A stretch of DNA of 13,969 bases from Oculatellaceae cyanobacterium bins.114 (GTDB lineage: Bacteria > Cyanobacteriota > Cyanobacteriia > Elainellales > Elainellaceae), in NCBI GenBank assembly GCA_033764315.1, contig JANRJA010000116.1:1-13969 (forward strand). The letters run 5' to 3'. The number at the start of each line of letters is the position of its first letter. Position 1 is the first letter of the stretch. Positions 7,745 to 13,969 of the stretch are shown here, piece after piece. Under the pieces are notes generated by a model, which was not told the DNA's origin, ran no database searches, and was given only the letters and a program-made list of their open reading frames with translations. The position numbers and the translations under genes were made by a program.

Positions 7745-8170
7745 TTATGCCTTATCTCGATTGTGTAAGTGGGCGATCGCATCTAGCAATTTTTGATAGT
7801 CTGTAATCGGTTTCGCAAAAAAATCATCTGCCTTAGAAGCCGCTAAAAGAGCTTCCCGTTCTGCCAGCATGGCATAAGCCGTAATCAAAATAATCGGGAT
7901 ATGAGCAGTTTGGGGGTCGTTCTTCAAGAGCCTCGCCAGATCTGCTCCACTCACTTCACAATTCTCCCATTCTGCTCCGGGCAAATTAACATCCATCAAC
8001 ACTAAATCAATCGTCCCAGTTTGACATTGTCTAAAGATTTCAGTGGGGTCATCCGCAATATCAACCCGATGCCCCCCTAACCGCTGAATCAGTTTAGCGG
8101 TTCCTTTTGCTAATAAGTAATCGTCATCTACTAGAAGAATATTCAACTCAGTTTGCACTTGCCGTTCCAA
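7745..8170 (-). CDS. Single-domain response regulator receiver (DivK/CheY-like)
   Basis: ILLVDDD, DLVLMDVNLPG, IPIILITAYA, FFAKP. Start is TTG 8170 or GTG 8158. Confidence 0.9.
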   Translation of the reverse strand: MERQVQTELNILLVDDDYLLAKGTAKLIQRLGGHRVDIADDPTEIFRQCQTGTIDLVLMDVNLPGAEWENCEVSGADLARLLKNDPQTAHIPIILITAYAMLAEREALLAASKADDFFAKPITDYQKLLDAIAHLHNRDKA

Positions 8171-8570
8171 TAAATCTTTAGGTCGCTTTAAAGCAGGTCA
8201 ATTGTTTAGATATTTTAAGTATCGATGTCTGTTAACTTATTCGTTTACTGCAACATAAACCTGAAAAACAACGCATTCTTAACACAATTTTTTTTAATAC
8301 TTTAGTCAAGATGAGTTGTCATATAGCCATCATGAAACTAAGGAGAACAGGAGGTCAGGATGAAATCGTAGACTAAGAGCCTAATTATTAAGCCCACTAA
8401 CTTTTCAAAGTTTGACATTTAGCGCAAACACTTTAAGGTAGCACTAAAAAAAGGCTTAATGAAGCACACCGCAAAATTACCTTATCTACTCTAACAGCCC
8501 TTAATTCATCAGGATATGAATGAGCCGCAAGAGAGACACTTTTATCACGGCTGATTGGAAATCACTATCT

Positions 8571-8661
8571 ATAGCAATCCCAAATGGGTTGTGAGAGGCG
8601 CACCCCAGAGGGGTGCGCCTCTCACAACCCGCCCATTTCACAAATGATTTGGGATTGCTAT
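8571..8661. mobile_element. 91-bp MITE-like element with a perfect 21-bp internal hairpin
   Basis: Perfect 15-bp TIR ATAGCAATCCCAAAT (8571-8585 / 8647-8661), extendable to 21/24. Stem GGGTTGTGAGAGGCGCACCCC (8586-8606) / 8610-8630 with loop AGA. Second copy at 13934. Confidence 0.85.
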
Positions 8662-8730
8662 GTAAACCTATTGCATGAATCAGTTTTTGAGGGCGTGAAT
8701 GAGATAGTGTGGTCAAAACACTCAACGATG

Positions 8731-8873
8731 TTATACCGATTTAATTTTTGATTGTGGCAGCTAGTTGGGTAGGAGCGTTGCGCAAAACGCCCTTACGAAA
8801 TCATATACAGCGCAGCCAATTCAAAGGGGTATTACAAAAATTGGTATTGGACTACTTTAAGGAATTGGTATTA
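8731..8873. mobile_element. Degenerate MITE-like element carrying a GTAG-type REP-like palindrome
   Basis: ATACCGATTT (8733-8742) is the inverted complement of AAATTGGTAT (8838-8847) at 9/10, and another AATTGGTATT occurs at 8863-8872. Internal GTAGGAGCGTT-gcgcaa-AACGCCCTTAC at 8769-8796. Confidence 0.6.
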
Positions 8874-8912
8874 CAAGTAGTTGATTAAACCCAGAATGCA
8901 ATTACAGCCTTC

Positions 8913-11090
8913 CTAAAACGTCTTAATCTTAGGCAGGGTAAAGGTAACTGTGGTGCCATGTCCTTTGCCAGGACTGTCTAACCAAATTTGTCCACCCATT
9001 AGCTCTACTAATCGTTTACAAATCGTTAACCCCAAACCAGTGCCCCCATAACGCCGTTTGATGGAACCATCTGCCTGCACAAAGGGTTCAAACAACCATT
9101 CCCGTTTTTGCGCATTGACCCCAATCCCCGTATCAGAAACTGAGATCTCAACCACCTGCGGTGCAGCGTTCTCCCCATTGGGGGAGTTGATTAGCATCAC
9201 TCCATTGAGGGAATTGCTTAATACTATCCTTTGAGTCGCCCGAATCCGTATCTCTCCTTGCTCAGTAAACTTAAAGGCATTAGATAACAGGTTGGTTAGG
9301 ATTTGCCGTAATTTAACCGGATCGCTTGAAATCGTGCCAACTCCACACTCAATGATTAAAGGAATCCCAGTACGGTGACTCTCTGGCCGAAATAGCATCT
9401 CTTGCTCTGTCAACAAACTAGGCAGATCAATCGTTTCTAGCGTTACTGGCATCCGTCCGGCTTCAACCTTGGCAATATCAAGCACATCGTTGATCAGAGC
9501 CACTAAGTTTTCAGCCGATCGATAAGCAATGTGAACGTATTCTTTGAGTTCTGCCTCATCGTTGTAAAACCCCTCATTCAACAGTTTTAAGTAGTTGAGC
9601 ATAGATGCCAACGGGGTGCGTAACTCATGGCTGGTAGAAGAAAGAAAATTAGACTTGAGACGACTGGCCTCTTCCGCCGTGACACGGGCGTTTTGCAACT
9701 CTTGATTGCGCATCTCGACGAGTAGCCGTTGTTCTCGTTCACATTGATATAGCCGTCTTTGCATCACGGCCAAGGTGAGATGAGTCCCAAGCGATCGCAC
9801 CAGTTCAATGTCATGCTCTGTCCACTCTTGCGCTTGTCCTTGTTTAAGTTCACGCCATGCTGCAAATGAGAGCCGCACCCGATTTGTTCGCCAGTCTCCA
9901 TTGTGTTGACCTGCCCAAACAATATCAGTATCGATTTCATTGCGAAAGATCGTCAAACAGCCCAGCGAAAAGTGTCCATGCTGCAGTGGCATCAGCATTA
10001 TGCTGCGGATGGGAGTAGACCGAAACAACGGCACGACATCATATAACCGCTGGTCTTGATATAAATCAGCGATCGCTTCTGGGGCATGCAGACCGTTGCT
10101 TTGCAACAAGGTTATGTTGTTCTCATTGGCGGCCATTAACTCTGTCCAAGCATTCATCTCATCCACCGTTTGAAATGGCAGCCGATCAGAGGTAATTATT
10201 TCTTTCCAAAGAGAATACTGTTCGAGAGTGGCACCGTCAGGGCCAATCACGTTGGGTTGAGTACCGCACGTGTATAGCTCATGCACCGCTTCTCCCTCAT
10301 TTAAGCTGAGATAGAGCCTGCCACCTGTTGCTTGAGAGGCTTGTACAATGCGTTCTAACACCATCTGCAAAACATTTTGGATTCGCAGTGGCGCGTGTAA
10401 CAACGTTGAAATCTGGTTGATCAGGGCTTCTCGATAAGCCTTGTTGCGAGTTTGACTGAGCACCTCTGATTGGGCGATCGCAATTGACACTTGATCCGCC
10501 AACAACTGCATTGTCTGTAACGCTGGCTCTGAAAACGTTTTGGGTTCAACATGGTGTGAGACAAGCAAGCCCCAGAGAGTTTGACCATGCAAAATTGGCA
10601 CCACTAAAGAAGATTGCACCCCCATTGCGGTGAGATAGTCAACGTGGCAGGGGTCAACCGGACGCTGCAAAATCTCAGCCATTGAATAGTGTTGTAAAGC
10701 TTCTAACGTAAGGCTGCCAGTGGTGACCGCATCCGGTAAACGACTGAGTGTAATCAGCTGATCAGGAATACTAACAATCGATCGCTGTCGGGCTTTGACA
10801 AATAGCTCTCGGGCTGCTGGGGGAATGTCAGTCGAAGGAAAGTGTAACCCTAATAAGGATGGGAGGCGATTGTTGTGGATTGCCTCAGCAATGACCTGCC
10901 CTGTGCCATCGGGTTGAAAGCGATAAACCTTGACCCGATCGGTTTGTAAGAAAGAGCGCACCTCTGCCACCGTCGCTGACAAAATTTCCGTCAGATCTAG
11001 GGATTGTCGAATGCGATGGGTCATTCGATTTAAAAGTGAGGCTTGAATAAAGGCTTCTCTGGCTGTCATAAAGTGGTTGCCATCTCTCAT
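8913..11090 (-). CDS. Knotless (PAS-less) phytochrome histidine kinase, GAF-PHY-HisKA-HATPase (Cph2/AphC-type photosensory module)
   Basis: GAF with FPSTDIP and VDPCHVDYL (bilin Cys-His). Second GAF-like PHY domain with WAG...VRLSF..WRE tongue. H-box SHELRTPL, N-box NLLSNAFKFT, DTGIG, GGTGLGL. ATG 11090 or 11069 is more likely than GTG 11150. Confidence 0.9.
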   Translation of the reverse strand: MRDGNHFMTAREAFIQASLLNRMTHRIRQSLDLTEILSATVAEVRSFLQTDRVKVYRFQPDGTGQVIAEAIHNNRLPSLLGLHFPSTDIPPAARELFVKARQRSIVSIPDQLITLSRLPDAVTTGSLTLEALQHYSMAEILQRPVDPCHVDYLTAMGVQSSLVVPILHGQTLWGLLVSHHVEPKTFSEPALQTMQLLADQVSIAIAQSEVLSQTRNKAYREALINQISTLLHAPLRIQNVLQMVLERIVQASQATGGRLYLSLNEGEAVHELYTCGTQPNVIGPDGATLEQYSLWKEIITSDRLPFQTVDEMNAWTELMAANENNITLLQSNGLHAPEAIADLYQDQRLYDVVPLFRSTPIRSIMLMPLQHGHFSLGCLTIFRNEIDTDIVWAGQHNGDWRTNRVRLSFAAWRELKQGQAQEWTEHDIELVRSLGTHLTLAVMQRRLYQCEREQRLLVEMRNQELQNARVTAEEASRLKSNFLSSTSHELRTPLASMLNYLKLLNEGFYNDEAELKEYVHIAYRSAENLVALINDVLDIAKVEAGRMPVTLETIDLPSLLTEQEMLFRPESHRTGIPLIIECGVGTISSDPVKLRQILTNLLSNAFKFTEQGEIRIRATQRIVLSNSLNGVMLINSPNGENAAPQVVEISVSDTGIGVNAQKREWLFEPFVQADGSIKRRYGGTGLGLTICKRLVELMGGQIWLDSPGKGHGTTVTFTLPKIKTF

Positions 11091-11289
11091 TGCCGAATAG
11101 TTAAGCCCTTTAGAAGGCCATTGAAACACCCTAACTGCGATCGCAGCCACTAGACATTGGCATCGCTACAGACCATAGAGTGTGTAGAGGGTCTAGCCAA
11201 TCTTGTAGCCATTGGCGTGGGTCATTTAGCGTGGGTTATACAGAGTAGAAGCCGTGTAGAAGCAGTGGATGTAGTTCTACCATTCCTTA

Positions 11290-12591
11290 TCAAGTGGCAT
11301 CACTGGGTAGAAACTGAGTTGGGTCAATCTCACGAGGGTAAAGCAGCCACGTTCGCTGCCACGGTTGAGTCAACGTTTGCACCAAAGGAGAAAGTTCGCT
11401 AATTTCCCGTAGTTTGATCTCTGTTTTTAATTTAATACCCCGGTGATATAGAGTGTAACCCCGACTCCAAGTCGTTCTTAGACCGATATACCGATTGGCC
11501 GCATGGGGCACATCATTGAGCTGGTTAAACCAATGCTGGACCTTATCCAATAACTTTTGTTGCTGCTCTGGCGACAGATGGGTAATGTCTAACGCTTTAA
11601 GCAAGTCGCGATCGACCAAGCGGCGACAAAGATCGGCCAAGATCACATCTGGATGGTGCTGCCAACGTTGTAAATGATACATAAACACGCCATCATCAGC
11701 ACTGAGATAATGGGTCAAGTCTAATTGATTGCAATCTTGCTCTAACCAGGCTGTGACCGTGTCATCCGCCGCCAACGTGCCCTCAGACTGCATCTCTCGT
11801 GCCCGTTGAAAGGCTTGTTCGAGCAACCAGGATGCCGTGATGTTTTTAGGGTGGTTGTAGATCTGGGCATACATGAAATAGCGCACGATTAGATAATGCT
11901 CGATCGCTGCCATGCCCTTGCGGGCTACAACCAATTGTTGAGTGATAGGGTCATAGTCCATCGCCATGATGATGCGATCGAGGTCTAGCCTGCCGTAAGA
12001 AGCTCCGGTGAAATAGCTGTCTCGCATCAGATAATCGAGGCGATCGCAATCTAACTGGCTCGACACCAACTGCCACACCAAAGGAATGGGGTGTTGTTTG
12101 AGATAGACCTGTTCGATCTCATTTAACAGCGTTGGATTAAAGGCATCTAACCGCGATCGCACAGGCTGAGACTCGCGAAGAATACGAATCGTCCAGTGCT
12201 CATGGTGACTGCCAAAAATCTCTTCGCAGGTGTGGCTAAAAGGGCCGTGTCCAATATCGTGTAGCAAAGCTGCACACAAGACTGTAGCTCGATAGGGCTT
12301 GAGTTGAGGATAGCGGTGAGCAACGCGATCAAAGGCGCGTCGGGCGATCGCCATCACCCCCAACGAATGAGTAAAGCGTGACCCCTCAGCCCCATGAAAC
12401 GTCAGGCTAGCAGGACCCAGTTGTCGAATCCGCCGCAATCGCTGAAAAGCTGGAGTGTCAATAAGTTGAATTAATAACGCCTCAACCGGGTCATGTCGAT
12501 CAAGGGCGATCGCACCATGCAACGGATCATGATAGGTTCGACCTGAACCTGGCGAAGCAGAGTTGACCATTAGAGTGGACATTGGGCACAT
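11290..12591 (-). CDS. HD-domain phosphohydrolase, SAMHD1/YwfO-like dNTP triphosphohydrolase family
   Basis: HDPLHG, FQRLRRIRQLG, SRFTHSLGV, LLHDIGHGPFSH, LDCDRLDYLMRDS. The start may be ATG 12591, 12582 or 12570. Confidence 0.9.
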   Translation of the reverse strand: MCPMSTLMVNSASPGSGRTYHDPLHGAIALDRHDPVEALLIQLIDTPAFQRLRRIRQLGPASLTFHGAEGSRFTHSLGVMAIARRAFDRVAHRYPQLKPYRATVLCAALLHDIGHGPFSHTCEEIFGSHHEHWTIRILRESQPVRSRLDAFNPTLLNEIEQVYLKQHPIPLVWQLVSSQLDCDRLDYLMRDSYFTGASYGRLDLDRIIMAMDYDPITQQLVVARKGMAAIEHYLIVRYFMYAQIYNHPKNITASWLLEQAFQRAREMQSEGTLAADDTVTAWLEQDCNQLDLTHYLSADDGVFMYHLQRWQHHPDVILADLCRRLVDRDLLKALDITHLSPEQQQKLLDKVQHWFNQLNDVPHAANRYIGLRTTWSRGYTLYHRGIKLKTEIKLREISELSPLVQTLTQPWQRTWLLYPREIDPTQFLPSDAT

Positions 12592-12606
12592 CCCGTTGCA
12601 AATGCA

Positions 12607-13572
12607 TCAGTGTTTATTCACTAGAGCATTGATTTCAGTCGCGACCAAGTCAGGCTGTTCCACCATTGCCAAGTGGCCGCAATTAGAAATCTCAATCACA
12701 TTGTCAGCACAGCATTGAAATGAATGATGAAAACTAGCAAGATGCCGCACATACTGGGATTCCATAATCGTGTCGTCTGCCCCAGCAATAAAATACACAG
12801 GCTGTTTTAAGCGAGACACAACCTGTGGTAATTGATGGACTTCTTCTTCGGTCGTCGAGTCTAACAGCGTTCCTAATGCCGCCTCTGGATGTGCCGCCAC
12901 CAAATCTAACAATCGCTGCCGCCCCCACTGTCGAGAGAGCGGACGCACCACATTCATGCGCGTCATCAACAAATCGACCAACGGCACATAACAAAGCCAA
13001 CGAGGACGTAACTTTACCAGTTGTTCCCCGGCTGCCCGAAACCGTTCAAACTCTTCTTTTAAGTAGATGCCACCACCAGAGTTAACACAAACCACCCCCC
13101 GAATCACCTCAGGCAACAGGTCAGCTGTCCATAACGCAATGCTGCCTCCTAATGAATGCCCAATCAACCAAACGTTCGTTAAGTTAAGGGTTTGCAACAA
13201 TAGAGCCAGATCATGGGCATAAGCCGCGGGTGAATAGTCCGCTTGGGGAGAGGCGATCGCGGTTGTACTGGTTTCAGTGGCTACTATGACATCAACAGGG
13301 TTAGTGCGAAGCAAGTCCCCTTCTGAGGCGATCGCTGATTGAGTCACCTTTTGTCGAGTGAAACCATATTTCTCAACAGGTTGAGAATCGCCAAACCCGC
13401 GCAAGTCATAAGACAAACATTGATAAAGAGGGCTTAACTGTTGAATGATCGGTTGCCAATATTCACGGCTAAGCAACCAGCCGTGAATAAACACCAACGT
13501 TACTGAAGAATCGGTTGCCGAGGTTAGTTCGTAAGCGTGAGGAACCCCAAGGACATCAACGGTTTTGACCAT
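12607..13572 (-). CDS. Alpha/beta fold hydrolase
   Basis: FIHGW, YDLRGFGDS, nucleophile elbow GHSLGG, AGADD and CGHLAM, consistent with a Ser-Asp-His triad. Confidence 0.92.
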   Translation of the reverse strand: MVKTVDVLGVPHAYELTSATDSSVTLVFIHGWLLSREYWQPIIQQLSPLYQCLSYDLRGFGDSQPVEKYGFTRQKVTQSAIASEGDLLRTNPVDVIVATETSTTAIASPQADYSPAAYAHDLALLLQTLNLTNVWLIGHSLGGSIALWTADLLPEVIRGVVCVNSGGGIYLKEEFERFRAAGEQLVKLRPRWLCYVPLVDLLMTRMNVVRPLSRQWGRQRLLDLVAAHPEAALGTLLDSTTEEEVHQLPQVVSRLKQPVYFIAGADDTIMESQYVRHLASFHHSFQCCADNVIEISNCGHLAMVEQPDLVATEINALVNKH

Positions 13573-13692
13573 ATCTCTATCCTATCCTGAAGTGCCTCCA
13601 AAGATATCGTCCGTTGTCAATTGCCAATCACAAGGCCGCTAATTAAATCTAAGGCTGCTAATTGCCCACGAGCAAGACGCTCACACTACTGC

Positions 13693-13736
13693 TATGAATC
13701 AATTTTAGCTATGAATTAATCTTGATATGAATTAAT
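13693..13736. promoter_or_regulatory. Triple direct repeat TATGAATYAAT upstream of the hydrolase gene
   Basis: Copies at 13693-13703, 13710-13720 and 13726-13736 (spacing 17 and 16 bp), 120-165 bp upstream of the ATG at 13572. The regulatory role is inferred. Confidence 0.45.
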
Positions 13737-13933
13737 TTGTAATTGTGGAATGTTCGCTCTCACTCTCTGTAGTATTCCGCCTGGTTGACTGACAAAAGAA
13801 GTTCTGCAAGGTTGATTGCTTCGTTGCTCACTCGCCCCGAAGTCAATCTCTAGGCTAACTGCAAAAGTCTATCGAAATGGACTGAAACGCGGATCTAGGT
13901 CTCTAAAGAGGACATTGGCTTGAGCCAGAGAAT

Positions 13934-13969
13934 ATAGCAATCCCAAAGGGGTTGTGAGAGGCGCCCCCC
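13934..13969. mobile_element. Second copy of the 91-bp MITE-like element, truncated by the window end
   Basis: 34/36 identical to 8571-8606, same orientation. Confidence 0.85.

Larger units (their letters stand above)
1343..13335. repeat. Dispersed HIP1 octamers (GCGATCGC)
   Basis: About 25 copies by eye, e.g. 1343, 1530, 1656, 2889, 3934, 4262, 4331, 4368, 4851, 5718, 7041, 9791, 12040, 13253, 13328. Typical of cyanobacterial genomes. Confidence 0.95.

Noticed and set aside
8349-8371. AGGAGG followed by ATG
   Set aside because: Encodes only Met-Lys-Ser-stop; no support for a real peptide.
8501-8725. 74-aa minus-strand ORF
   Set aside because: Runs through the palindromic MITE, has a TTG start and no recognisable motif; likely a by-product of the repeat.
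11157-11402. 81-aa plus-strand ORF
   Set aside because: Antisense overlap with the HD gene, TTG start, no recognisable domain.
11290-12591. HD protein as an anti-phage dNTP-depletion system
   Set aside because: Looks like the widespread housekeeping family, is HIP1-rich and has no defence-island neighbours.
13814-13848. Hairpin GATTGCTTCG...CGAAGTCAATC as a riboswitch or ncRNA
   Set aside because: Single bulged stem with no recognisable family motif; would need an Rfam scan.

Overview
Cyanobacterial chromosomal DNA (about 25 HIP1 GCGATCGC octamers counted by eye). It has 11 credible CDSs. (i) Minus-strand cluster pgl - fraH-like (double Zn ribbon/Pro-rich/FHA) - FHA + Ser/Thr kinase-fold protein with a degenerate catalytic loop - LRAT/NC-domain protein fused to a PspA/Vipp1-like helical segment. 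(ii) Plus strand: a class III nucleotide cyclase with a Cys-rich N-terminus, then ygfZ. (iii) Minus strand: alpha/beta hydrolase - HD-domain dNTPase-like protein - knotless (PAS-less) phytochrome histidine kinase - two stand-alone receiver proteins. The intergenic DNA carries at least three different small non-coding elements bounded by terminal inverted repeats (TIRs) and containing hairpins (MITE/REP-like). One of them occurs twice. The most interesting candidates are the FraH/pseudokinase/LRAT-PspA cluster (hypothesis: phospho-regulated membrane remodelling), the phytochrome with a VRLSF tongue variant, and the symmetric four-hairpin element at 1-167. All calls are from motif recognition by eye; no searches were run.
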